Positions 10,505-18,858 of a DNA stretch of 38,912 nucleotides are shown piece after piece. The DNA is from a virus. A program made the translations under genes and the position numbers. The DNA is taken from IMG/VR virus record IMGVR_UViG_3300010356_002141; one strand, 5' to 3'. A model generated the notes under the pieces. That model saw only the letters and a program-made list of their open reading frames with translations, was not told where the DNA came from and did no database searches. How positions within the stretch are numbered: the first letter of the stretch is position 1; every line of letters begins with the position of its first letter.

Positions 10505-10861
10505 ATGAAAGTAATTAGAACCAATTTAAATTTATGCGAAGAAGCTATATTTAACTTAAGCATTAAAAAGGGTAGGGAATTAATAGGAAACTTAACTGTA
10601 TATGAACATCCAGAGGACAGAGTAGGGGGGCAAGTGCATATAGAGATAGTCCCTAAATGGCGTAGCCGCTGGGTTAGCAGGAAACTCCGAGATGATTTAA
10701 TGGATAAGTTAATATCTGTAGCTAAGGGGTTTGGTTTAAAAGTTTTATATAGTACGGCATTTACGGACGTAAGCCCTAGACTTCTTGAGTTTGCAGGGTT
10801 TAGCGAGTATAATGTCAGAGAACCTAAAACATATTATTATTTAATGATTGATGGAGTATAA
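10505..10861 (+). CDS. Small protein with possible GNAT-like acetyltransferase fold
   Basis: I prefer the ATG at 10505 (just after the previous TGA) over the track start at 10487. The pattern VHIEIVPKWRSRWVSRKL...LISVAKGFGLKVLY....SPRLLEFAGF loosely resembles GNAT motif A/B. Confidence 0.3.
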   Translation: MKVIRTNLNLCEEAIFNLSIKKGRELIGNLTVYEHPEDRVGGQVHIEIVPKWRSRWVSRKLRDDLMDKLISVAKGFGLKVLYSTAFTDVSPRLLEFAGFSEYNVREPKTYYYLMIDGV

Positions 10862-10864
10862 AAT

Positions 10865-11815
10865 ATGGGTGGAGTAAGAAAGTGGTTTAGGCCTAAACAA
10901 CCGCCGCCGCCAATTAGGCAATTATCAGCATCAGAATCAGTAGCAAGTAAATATACACCTATTAATTTTGTAAGTATTATGGATGGCTTAATGGGTGATA
11001 AGCTGGATGTTGTTAGAGGGGTAGACGGCAAAATTAGCATGAACTTTACTAATCCAAATGGACGGACTAGCAGAATGTCTCCAGAGCGTAATATTGACGA
11101 AAGAGCCGTAGAGGTGATTGCTTTAAGCGAGGCTATGACAAGACTCGGCAATACTATTGAACAATTAGAGGCGACAAGCCCTTATTTAATACCACAAAAT
11201 CAGGAATTGATTAATAGTTACAGAACTGCTGTTAATAATGCTATGGATCGTGGTTTTGATTTCAAGCAGCAAGCTATAGATACAAAGCTTAGCAAAATGG
11301 GACTTACTAACAGTTCAACAGCTCTTGGCGTTCAAGTAGCACTGGCTCGTGAGAGAGCTAACGCCATGGCAGAAGCAGAGTTAAAACAAGCTGAACTTGC
11401 CCAAGGATTAAAACAACAGGCAATCGGTAATCTAATGAATAGAGGTAAGTTATTAGAAAGTCAGGCTAATACTGAACTTGCACGATTTGGCACTGAAACT
11501 GGAAATCAAATGCAGCTAAGAGGTCAGGACATTCAAAAGGAGATAGCACTATCAACTTTAGATCAGGACAGACAGAAGTTTTTAACCGCAGCAGGTATTG
11601 ATGCTTTAAATACTGGTAACCAACAATCAATTAATGCTGGAGCTGTTGATGCTAACCGAGTTGCTGGACTTAATAATGCGCAGTATCAAAGATATAGCAT
11701 GACTAGTAATCCAATGAGAGAAATGTTTGGAACATTTGGAGGTGCTCTTGCAGGAAATCTGGGAACTAGCTTTGCTAATAAATTTTCTAATAAACTTTTT
11801 GATAATAAAGGGTAA
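10865..11815 (+). CDS. Internal virion / ejection-like protein 1 (Gln/Ala-rich)
   Basis: 316 aa, coiled-coil and Q-rich. It is the first of three consecutive large low-complexity proteins at the end of the structural operon, as in P22/T7-type podoviruses. Confidence 0.4.
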   Translation: MGGVRKWFRPKQPPPPIRQLSASESVASKYTPINFVSIMDGLMGDKLDVVRGVDGKISMNFTNPNGRTSRMSPERNIDERAVEVIALSEAMTRLGNTIEQLEATSPYLIPQNQELINSYRTAVNNAMDRGFDFKQQAIDTKLSKMGLTNSSTALGVQVALARERANAMAEAELKQAELAQGLKQQAIGNLMNRGKLLESQANTELARFGTETGNQMQLRGQDIQKEIALSTLDQDRQKFLTAAGIDALNTGNQQSINAGAVDANRVAGLNNAQYQRYSMTSNPMREMFGTFGGALAGNLGTSFANKFSNKLFDNKG

Positions 11816-11817
11816 TA

Positions 11818-13197
11818 ATGAAGTCAACAGGATATAAAGAATCTTTAAATCAATATCAGGATTTAGTAAATCAACCAACTTTTGCGGATTACTTGGGTAA
11901 TGCTTTCTCTAAAGTAGGGAGTCAACCAGCTATGGGAGAAGCGCAAAGAATGTCTAATGCAATGCTTTCTGGTATGGGTGCTGGTATTTCTGGCGCAGCA
12001 GCAGAGGAAAGGAGAGAAAAGTTATCACCAATGCTTGAGCAAGCTGGGCGTATTACGGCAAAAGCAGCTGAACTTGAAGCGCAAATGCAAGAAGCAGAAC
12101 AAAATAGATTAAAAATAACCCAATTTATGAAACAGTCTGCTGTTCCTATTGCTCAGTTATCGCAAGCATCTTTAGCTGGCGATAGACCAGCAAGTAATGA
12201 ACTAGCTAAGGGAATATACCTAAATTTCAAACAACAAGCCGAAGACCCTAGTATGGGGGATTTTGATCATTACCATAATGGAGTTATTTACTATCACAAC
12301 CTTGAGACTGGGGCTATAGAGGGTGAAAATGTAATTGGTTTAATGTATCAAGCAGGAATTGACCCTGTTAGTATATGGGGACAGGATGCTCCTATGATAG
12401 AAGCGGGATTATCCCCTGGAGCTAAAAAGAATTATGAAGATTCCGAGAAAATGCGTCAGTTAGAGATGGAGGGAAAAAGAGCAGATGTTAATTTAAAACA
12501 AGCTCATGCTGGAGTATATCAGCAACAGGCTAATCAGATTCAGAACGAAATGCAAGCTCCTAAACCTAAATATAGTGAGCCAGTAATGAATAAGCTTATC
12601 GAAACAAATCAGAACTGGGTTAATAGTCTTGATAAAGAACAACAAACACTTGAGACTCAAAGTAATGCTTATAAACAAATAGCAAATTTAATATCTAGAG
12701 AAAAAGAAGCCCTTGGTAGAGCTGGTAGTGGTGTAATAAAAATGGCGCAAAGAGCTGTTAATAAGTCTGGAACGGAAAGCGAGAAAAATCAAGCATTAAT
12801 AGAATTATATCAACAACCATTAATGGCGGGGATAAAACAGATGTTTGCGGGGACTACTTCTGATCGTGATGTTGCTACTTTTATTGCTGGATTACCATCA
12901 CTTGATAAAAACCCAGATGCAGCGATTCAGGTAGCTTTAGAGCGAGCGGCTGGGCTTGATAACCAAATACAAAAAAATAATTTAACTCGAGATGTATTAG
13001 AAAATGATTTTGGTTATAGTGAACCTTACAATTCTCTAGCAGTACAAAATAGAGTTAAGGAACGATTTAAACCTGCAACAGCTAATACTGGGGTTGTTAC
13101 TATGGCAGCTCCTGATGGGAGTACAAGACCTGTTCCAGCAGCTCAAGTAGAATATTGGAAAAGCAAAGGGGCTAAGATAATTGATGAGCAAAAATAA
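11818..13197 (+). CDS. Internal virion / ejection-like protein 2
   Basis: 459 aa, Q/A/E-rich and tightly packed in the operon. Confidence 0.4.
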   Translation: MKSTGYKESLNQYQDLVNQPTFADYLGNAFSKVGSQPAMGEAQRMSNAMLSGMGAGISGAAAEERREKLSPMLEQAGRITAKAAELEAQMQEAEQNRLKITQFMKQSAVPIAQLSQASLAGDRPASNELAKGIYLNFKQQAEDPSMGDFDHYHNGVIYYHNLETGAIEGENVIGLMYQAGIDPVSIWGQDAPMIEAGLSPGAKKNYEDSEKMRQLEMEGKRADVNLKQAHAGVYQQQANQIQNEMQAPKPKYSEPVMNKLIETNQNWVNSLDKEQQTLETQSNAYKQIANLISREKEALGRAGSGVIKMAQRAVNKSGTESEKNQALIELYQQPLMAGIKQMFAGTTSDRDVATFIAGLPSLDKNPDAAIQVALERAAGLDNQIQKNNLTRDVLENDFGYSEPYNSLAVQNRVKERFKPATANTGVVTMAAPDGSTRPVPAAQVEYWKSKGAKIIDEQK

Positions 13198-15148
13198 TTT
13201 CTGGGCGGAATTTGATAATTCTTCTGAAAATCAACAAACTACAAATAATTTCTGGGCAGAGTTTGATAATCCACAAGAAACAGCTGGAATAAATGAACCT
13301 AGTATTGGTCAAAGAATAGCATCGGGGGCAAAGGCAGTAGCAGCTGGAGTAGGGGGAGCAATACCTGATACATTAAGTCTTGCTTATAATTTACCCGTAA
13401 TGGCTCAAAATGCACAAGTTGCCGCTGGTAATTATCAGGCAAACCCTTATGCTTTTGATTTTGCACCCGCTGAGGAAATGACTGCTCCTGCTCCTCTTAT
13501 TCCATCAGCGACAGAAGCTATTGATCAAGGCATTGATATTGCTACAGGCGGGTATACAACAACTCCAGAAGATCAAAAATATATTAATGAGGGACTAAAA
13601 ACTGGTGCATCATTTCTAACTGGTGGAGGAGTTGCAAAAACTGCTCAAGGAGGAATAGCTAAACTTGGTAACATTATTGGCAATACCAGTCCTCTACAAG
13701 CTGCTGGAGCTGCTGCAATGGGCGGGACTACTTCCTATTTAGCTGATCAGGGAGCATCGACTGGCGAAGCTCTAGGCGGTGGGCTTGCTGCTAATCTAGC
13801 AGTAACAGGAACGCCTGCTTTAGCAAAAGGAGTTGGTGGGCTTGCTGGCCGTGCAGCTTTAACTGCTGTAGGCCTTGGTAAGAATAAACTGAATCTGGAA
13901 GCAGCAAAGGCAGCACAAGGATTGGATATTGCACTGCCAAAGGCAGCGGCAAGTGAGGGAAAAGCGATTGCCTTAGCTGATCAGTTTTTAAGTAAAACTC
14001 CTGTTGCAAGTGGTGTTATGAGCAAAAGATATTCAGACATGGCAGATAAAGTCATGAAAGAATTGGACAAAGCTTATGATAGTGCTTTGCCAGCAGCTGA
14101 GCGTGTTGGTGTTGAAGAAAAAATAAGACAGTTATATTTAAATGCTAGAGAATCATTACCTAATGAGGCTCAAATAGTACCCAGTAATGTAACTTCTGTT
14201 ACGGAGCAGATTAAGGCAGAACTTGCAAAATCTGCTTCTTTATCTGCTGGTGAGAAAAAAGTATTAAGTATAATTAATGACTATGAAGATAAGTTTGTGC
14301 CTATGGGCATTAAAAGAATTCCAAGCCCAATCGAGGATTTAGTTGCAAGTCAGGATTCTCTTGGCAAGGTTATAGACTGGAAAGATACTAGCGTAAATTG
14401 GCAAAAAGAGAAAAAAGCCGCTGGAATGGTTAAAAGGCTTTACAATGCAATTAGTAATGATCTTGAGCAATACGGCAAAACCAATCCTGAATGGTATAAT
14501 TATCAAAAGGAAGCAGATAAACTATTTACAAAACTTTCACGTAGAAAAGAGTTAGAAGAGATGTTTGGTGCAGTAGAAAATACTGCTACGGGTGAGATGT
14601 CCTATAATAGCTTGTCAAAAATACTTAATGATGAACAGAATAGAGCTAGATTACAGAAAATAACTAATCCAGAAACCTTTGATCGTCTAGACAAGCTTAG
14701 TAAAGTTGCTCGTGCGATGGCAATTAAAAATAAAAATATCCCGAATCCATCAGGGACTGCCGTAACGCAAAAAACCTTTGATCTCATATCAATTTTAACT
14801 GGAGCATCTGCGGTAGTTGCTCCTGAAAAAACAGCATTAGCAGTAATTGGTGGTTCTGGTCTTGCTCATTTATTAACTGATAAAAAAACATTGGATTTAG
14901 CTATTAAATTTGCAGAAACTCCTATTAATATTAATGCTGTGGAATTTGGAAAAAGAATGAAACAGATTACGGGTTATACTCCTGTTACTCTGCTTAGAGA
15001 AGCACAAAAACTTGAACAGGGCAAAGAAGAAAAGTCAAAACCGCAAGTAATGCCTAAACAACCAGAGAAGAAAGCACCTGCTTTTAATAAAACTATTGAG
15101 GATATGTATAATAATAAATCCATCAGGGGATTTATTGAAGCAAATTAA
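13184..15148 (+). CDS. Internal virion / ejection-like protein 3 (Gly/Ala-zipper hydrophobic segments; two N-terminal NNFWAEFDN repeats)
   Basis: 654 aa from the ATG at 13184 (the track start at 13181 is TTG). It has a G/A-rich membrane-like stretch and is the last gene of the rightward structural block. Confidence 0.45.
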   Translation: MSKNNFWAEFDNSSENQQTTNNFWAEFDNPQETAGINEPSIGQRIASGAKAVAAGVGGAIPDTLSLAYNLPVMAQNAQVAAGNYQANPYAFDFAPAEEMTAPAPLIPSATEAIDQGIDIATGGYTTTPEDQKYINEGLKTGASFLTGGGVAKTAQGGIAKLGNIIGNTSPLQAAGAAAMGGTTSYLADQGASTGEALGGGLAANLAVTGTPALAKGVGGLAGRAALTAVGLGKNKLNLEAAKAAQGLDIALPKAAASEGKAIALADQFLSKTPVASGVMSKRYSDMADKVMKELDKAYDSALPAAERVGVEEKIRQLYLNARESLPNEAQIVPSNVTSVTEQIKAELAKSASLSAGEKKVLSIINDYEDKFVPMGIKRIPSPIEDLVASQDSLGKVIDWKDTSVNWQKEKKAAGMVKRLYNAISNDLEQYGKTNPEWYNYQKEADKLFTKLSRRKELEEMFGAVENTATGEMSYNSLSKILNDEQNRARLQKITNPETFDRLDKLSKVARAMAIKNKNIPNPSGTAVTQKTFDLISILTGASAVVAPEKTALAVIGGSGLAHLLTDKKTLDLAIKFAETPININAVEFGKRMKQITGYTPVTLLREAQKLEQGKEEKSKPQVMPKQPEKKAPAFNKTIEDMYNNKSIRGFIEAN

Positions 15149-15403
15149 ATAAAAATAATAAATAGCATCATAATATAATCTATAACTTTATCTAAGAATG
15201 GTGCAAGTTCCTGTCTTTCTAAAGATTGTTGCAATATTGGTCTAGTCCACAGCGTAAGTATCAGGATATAGATAATATGCTGTATTTTTATTTTTTGTTT
15301 AAATAACCTTTGTTTGATTACATAAACAATAATAAAACTTAAGATTTTTAAAAAAAGCACGTGCAAAAACTCTTATAAAGTTTTCGCAGGATTGCAACAT
15401 TAT

Positions 15404-15425
15404 AAAAAAAGCTTAATCTTTAAGC
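15404..15425 (-). terminator. Rho-independent terminator candidate for the leftward lysis operon
   Basis: The minus strand reads gcttaa-aga-ttaagc followed by a run of 7 T. Confidence 0.45.
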
Positions 15426-15466
15426 AAACTAAATGAACTATTTATGCCTTATAAGGTTGATAAGAG

Positions 15467-15501
15467 TTGCCCACATACTTATCTACAAAAGTTGTGGATA
15501 A
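15467..15501. promoter_or_regulatory. Cluster of three DnaA-box-like 9-mers (TTGCCCACA, TTATCTACA, and a perfect TTATCCACA on the minus strand)
   Basis: String match to the TTATCCACA consensus. All three lie within 35 bp of the convergent intergenic region. Confidence 0.3.
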
Positions 15502-15690
15502 TTAATTGTTAGAATTGTTATTAGGTTCTTTTGCCATAAGAAATACTAGCCCACCAATTATTTCGGCTATTAAGGCAAGCTGATTGTTTTCTAGAAACAT
15601 CAATCTAGTAATTACTAGTAATATAAAAATGTTTTTTAAAAAGGAGTGTTGCGTTGTAAATAATTCTAAAATTTTATGTAACCACTTCAT
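15502..15690 (-). CDS. Small membrane protein (last gene of the lysis block)
   Basis: 62 aa with hydrophobic segments. Its start overlaps the stop of the upstream gene. Confidence 0.5.
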   Translation of the reverse strand: MKWLHKILELFTTQHSFLKNIFILLVITRLMFLENNQLALIAEIIGGLVFLMAKEPNNNSNN

Positions 15691-15929
15691 TTGCTAAGCT
15701 CCTCCTTATAAACATAATATTTAATTTTAAATACATAGAGCTCGTTTAACCAGTTATTAAAATTATCACAGGATTTACGAGGAATACATATTTGCTTTAT
15801 TTCTTCTACAGCTTTTGAGTTAATTAATGGCATGTCTGGTAAATTTAATTTGGGTGATTTACTTGTTTTTATCTGACAACCGCTCAAGATTAGTATCAAG
15901 ATCAGTAGGTTTAACGCTTTCGCTAACAT
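15687..15929 (-). CDS. Outer-membrane lipoprotein, o-spanin candidate
   Basis: Signal peptide with lipobox LILILSGC. Small and Pro/Cys-containing. Its start lies inside the 3' end of the i-spanin candidate in another frame. Confidence 0.55.
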   Translation of the reverse strand: MLAKALNLLILILILSGCQIKTSKSPKLNLPDMPLINSKAVEEIKQICIPRKSCDNFNNWLNELYVFKIKYYVYKEELSK

Positions 15930-16092
15930 CTAATACCTTTTGTTGAATATTAATTACTTTGTCTTTTTCAAAGTTATTTTCTACAAGTTCTTTATTGTCC
16001 AAGGTTAATGTTTTATTTCTTCTTAAAATATAAACAGTAAAAAAAACTCCAATTGTAAGTAAGATTTCTTTAAAATAAGTTATAAAAAACAT
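15859..16092 (-). CDS. i-spanin candidate (N-terminal TM plus charged coiled-coil)
   Basis: 77 aa with TM segment ILLTIGVFFTVYIL followed by a charged helix. It overlaps the lipoprotein gene by about 70 nt (overlapped spanin architecture). Confidence 0.5.
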   Translation of the reverse strand: MFFITYFKEILLTIGVFFTVYILRRNKTLTLDNKELVENNFEKDKVINIQQKVLDVSESVKPTDLDTNLERLSDKNK

Positions 16093-16093
16093 T

Positions 16094-16285
16094 TTAATAT
16101 TGGTTAATAATTTCTTGATTATTATTATTTTCCTGTTTTTGCTCTTTTTTCTTAGCTTGTTCTACAGTAGTTGGGGTCTCTGTTTTATTAAATATTTCAA
16201 TGGTAGGTGAGAAAAAATCATCACAAGCGATTAATAAACTAGTTACTATAAAAAAAATCCCAACAAATATTTTAAATTTATTCAT
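16094..16285 (-). CDS. Small lipoprotein
   Basis: Signal peptide with lipobox SLLIAC and a K/E/N-rich tail. Confidence 0.55.
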   Translation of the reverse strand: MNKFKIFVGIFFIVTSLLIACDDFFSPTIEIFNKTETPTTVEQAKKKEQKQENNNNQEIINQY

Positions 16286-16286
16286 T

Positions 16287-16595
16287 TTAAATCTCCGTAA
16301 TTGTAATAGGATAGATTGCTTCTACCATTTTCTTTTTAACAATATACATATCTGTTTTTACTCCCTTAACATCTTCAATAGTAATTTCCCCATTTGTCCA
16401 AAATACAAGGAAATCACAAACATATTTAACACCAGCTTGTAAATGAAATGGGACTTGTCTTAAAAAAAACAGGATTTCACCGCTGTTTTGTAATATTTTA
16501 AGCTGTTGATATCTTTTATGTTCTTTTTTAGAGGCAAATTTAATTCCGTCAGCTTCGCAAGGTTTAGCCCTGAATTTATGCCTTAAGATTGCCAT
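16287..16595 (-). CDS. DUF1064-family protein (predicted PD-(D/E)XK Holliday-junction-resolvase-like nuclease)
   Basis: Matches the family pattern: FASKKEHKRYQQLKILQNSGEI..L..QV.F.L....KYVCDF...W.NGEITIEDVKGVKT..Y..KKKM. Confidence 0.75.
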   Translation of the reverse strand: MAILRHKFRAKPCEADGIKFASKKEHKRYQQLKILQNSGEILFFLRQVPFHLQAGVKYVCDFLVFWTNGEITIEDVKGVKTDMYIVKKKMVEAIYPITITEI

Positions 16596-17038
16596 AATTC
16601 CAACTCTGCTTTTCTTCTTTTGTATAAACCATTAGAGAACTCGCTATCTATATTAACAACACCTCTAACCTTGCTAAAAAATTCATCAGCAGCTCCGCTG
16701 TAGTCTCCAGCATTTAATTTTCTAAGACCAGTGCTTATTTTAAAATTATATGCCCCCCAGTTGTATATAAGACTTACTAGAGCATCAAATTGACCTTGAC
16801 TTATGTTTACCTTTACAGATGAATTTATAGCGTTCTCTGCTTCTTTAACGTCGTCTTTTAATAGTTGCTCTGCTTTTTCTCTAGTCATACGAGGAGCAGC
16901 TTTTGTTAAAGCAACTAATTTTTGATCTATAACATGACCATAGCCTATAGTTGGTCTCCCAGCAGGACACATATAAACATAATCTCTAAATCCCTCAAAT
17001 TGTTTGATTAGATCAAGTCCCTTTTCTGATACTTTCAT
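16583..17038 (-). CDS. Endolysin, GH24 phage lysozyme
   Basis: The segment LIKQFEGFRDYVYMCPAGRPTIGYGH is the classic T4/lambda-type lysozyme N-terminus. The gene has an ATGA overlap with the upstream TM protein gene. Confidence 0.9.
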   Translation of the reverse strand: MKVSEKGLDLIKQFEGFRDYVYMCPAGRPTIGYGHVIDQKLVALTKAAPRMTREKAEQLLKDDVKEAENAINSSVKVNISQGQFDALVSLIYNWGAYNFKISTGLRKLNAGDYSGAADEFFSKVRGVVNIDSEFSNGLYKRRKAELELWQS

Positions 17039-17220
17039 TTTTCAGGACTTTGTGGGGTTAAATCAATATTTATGCCTGTTTGTTCTTCTATGACTTTCTC
17101 TGATATCTCTTCAACAGGATTGTCATGATACCAAAAATAAGCCGATAACAGACCAATAATTATGGCCGCTATGATAATAAAATATCTGTTAAGAATAATG
17201 ATTTTTAATAATTCTTTCAT
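17035..17220 (-). CDS. Holin-like single-TM protein
   Basis: 61 aa with one TM segment and an acidic tail, immediately upstream of and overlapping the endolysin gene. Confidence 0.5.
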   Translation of the reverse strand: MKELLKIIILNRYFIIIAAIIIGLLSAYFWYHDNPVEEISEKVIEEQTGINIDLTPQSPEK

Positions 17221-17316
17221 GAATCACGCTTTTTATAGTTAACAAATTGCGAGACTTTTTAAAGAATTATTAAATTGAATAAAAAAGGTATCGGGGATAT
17301 TACTATCCCTAATTCT

Positions 17317-17329
17317 TACTCGCAAGGTT
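17317..17329 (-). promoter_or_regulatory. Exact copy of motif AACCTTGCGAGTA (minus strand, sense for the lysis genes)
   Basis: The plus strand reads tactcgcaaggtt. The copy lies in the intergenic region about 97 nt upstream of the holin-like ATG, downstream of a tgttatact -10-like element. Confidence 0.6.
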
Positions 17330-17411
17330 CTGTATTGTTAAATACCCTGTGAGTATAACATATTATTGATTTTATTTAAAACTAAATTTTGAAAACGTTA
17401 GTATTTATACA

Positions 17412-17726
17412 CTAACTATTATCTCCTGATAATAACACAGCTAAATCATGGTCAGCTTGTATTTGCTCTAGTTCTTCTTGGCTTTTAAATGTTGATTCAA
17501 TGCTTATATTATTATTTTCACTAGATAATACGGGGGTAACAGGTGTTGGTTGGTTATTAATAATATCATCTAAAGCATTTAACCCTTTTTTTACTGCAAA
17601 TATCCCAAGACCTATATAAAACCCAGGACTAAGAACTGCTGCTACCAAACCTACGACATTTAATGCACTTTCTACAACTTTATCACCTAATTTTTGATCT
17701 GATTTATTTTTTGTTGTTTCTTTCAT
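17412..17726 (-). CDS. Membrane protein (possible holin/antiholin)
   Basis: 104 aa with hydrophobic core VVGLVAAVLSPGFYIGLGIFAV and a good SD (aaggaga). Confidence 0.4.
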   Translation of the reverse strand: MKETTKNKSDQKLGDKVVESALNVVGLVAAVLSPGFYIGLGIFAVKKGLNALDDIINNQPTPVTPVLSSENNNISIESTFKSQEELEQIQADHDLAVLLSGDNS

Positions 17727-17760
17727 AACATTATCTCCTTAAATATAATAAAAAGGTTTT

Positions 17761-17773
17761 TAGCTGCAAGGTT
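17761..17773 (-). promoter_or_regulatory. Motif variant AACCTTGCAGCTA (10/13), minus strand
   Basis: The plus strand reads tagctgcaaggtt. The copy lies between the 57-aa lipoprotein stop and the 104-aa gene. Confidence 0.45.
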
Positions 17774-17790
17774 CTTTTAAGGTTTCTTAA

Positions 17791-17964
17791 TTAAAAGCCA
17801 ACAGGATGAATTGTGTTTTGTGTAACACTATTACGTAAATCGTTAAGTCGTTGCTCTTTTATGTGTTTTTGTTTTTCTTCTTCGGTCATATTACAAGTAT
17901 GGCCACAACTGCAAAGAGTTAACATACACGTTATTATAGTAATAGAAATTTTAGCCTTGATCAT
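17791..17964 (-). CDS. Small lipoprotein (57 aa; not in the ORF track)
   Basis: Hand translation gives MIKAKISITIITCMLTLCSCGHTC... with a Cys-containing lipobox-like signal. It has a strong SD (ggaggt) 6 nt upstream. Confidence 0.6.
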   Translation of the reverse strand: MIKAKISITIITCMLTLCSCGHTCNMTEEEKQKHIKEQRLNDLRNSVTQNTIHPVGF

Positions 17965-17986
17965 TTTTTTACCTCCTTTTTAAATA

Positions 17987-18850
17987 TTATGCAGCTTCTA
18001 TACCTTGTGAATAATTATATTGCTTGTTGATGTATTCTATACAAGCTAGTTGCTTTTCCTCGCCTAAATCAGCAATACTTTCAACCCCTGCTTTGCTACA
18101 CCACTTGTTGATTATTTCACTTGGCACATTATACACTTTAATAAGTTCTATTAATTCAGCAAGTGTTTCGCTTTTTTCTGCTTCTATATTTTCAAGCACA
18201 GTGTCTAATTTTGAAACAATACTTTGGGATTTAGGCGTTATATTTTTAATTTCTATTTCAAGATCGTTAATATCTTTCCCCTCCATTTCCTCAGCTGTTG
18301 GATGCTGACTGACTATCTCAGGAAAAGCCTTACGTAAGGCTTGTGCCTCAGCACATTTTGCTATCTGTCCGTATGGTCTTTTTTGCCACATACTATTAGG
18401 CGTTGGAGTATCTTTTTTAGTGGCATAGTTTTCCAACCAGTATTCTTTAGCGGTAAACTCAACAATAGTATTATTTACTAGCTTTTTAACTGTTACCTTA
18501 CACCATTTAGGATAGGTAATGTCTACCCCGCCCAAATTACATGTAACATCTTCGCCAAACTCAGGCTCGCTTACACCTGCATATTGATTACTCCGTGCTG
18601 CCTGTATTCTATATAAACCAACCCCAGGCATAACTACGTCTTTATATTCATATCTACCAGTAAGAGAATTTTTTACATTCATTGGGACGATATGAACTGG
18701 TTTTTGCATAGGATCTAATTTTGCTGCCTTGCAATAATCAAGAACCATTTTTATACTTTCATCTTTTGCACCAGTATATAAGCTGTTTTTTAGTGCTGAC
18801 CATATATGCTGGTCAATTTCATTATTATTTGTTACTACTATATTGCTCAT
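17987..18850 (-). CDS. Single-strand annealing protein, RecT/Bet family
   Basis: KLDPMQKPVHIVPM and WQKRPYGQIAKCAEAQALRKAFPE resemble lambda Bet/RecT conserved blocks. The gene is adjacent to the YqaJ exonuclease gene. Confidence 0.8.
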   Translation of the reverse strand: MSNIVVTNNNEIDQHIWSALKNSLYTGAKDESIKMVLDYCKAAKLDPMQKPVHIVPMNVKNSLTGRYEYKDVVMPGVGLYRIQAARSNQYAGVSEPEFGEDVTCNLGGVDITYPKWCKVTVKKLVNNTIVEFTAKEYWLENYATKKDTPTPNSMWQKRPYGQIAKCAEAQALRKAFPEIVSQHPTAEEMEGKDINDLEIEIKNITPKSQSIVSKLDTVLENIEAEKSETLAELIELIKVYNVPSEIINKWCSKAGVESIADLGEEKQLACIEYINKQYNYSQGIEAA

Positions 18851-18858
18851 TTTCTACC

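Noticed and set aside
13184-15148. The 654-aa Gly/Ala-rich protein as a tape measure protein (siphovirus interpretation)
   Set aside because: There are no tail tube, terminator or chaperone-frameshift genes upstream and no distal-tail or baseplate genes downstream. It is the last of three low-complexity proteins at the operon end, matching podovirus internal/ejection proteins.
15145-15366. 73-aa minus-strand ORF in the convergent intergenic region
   Set aside because: It lies downstream of the terminator candidate for the leftward operon, overlaps the stop of the 654-aa gene, and has extremely AT-rich Ile/Leu/Lys/Phe composition with no SD. It is probably spurious, though a small membrane protein cannot be excluded.
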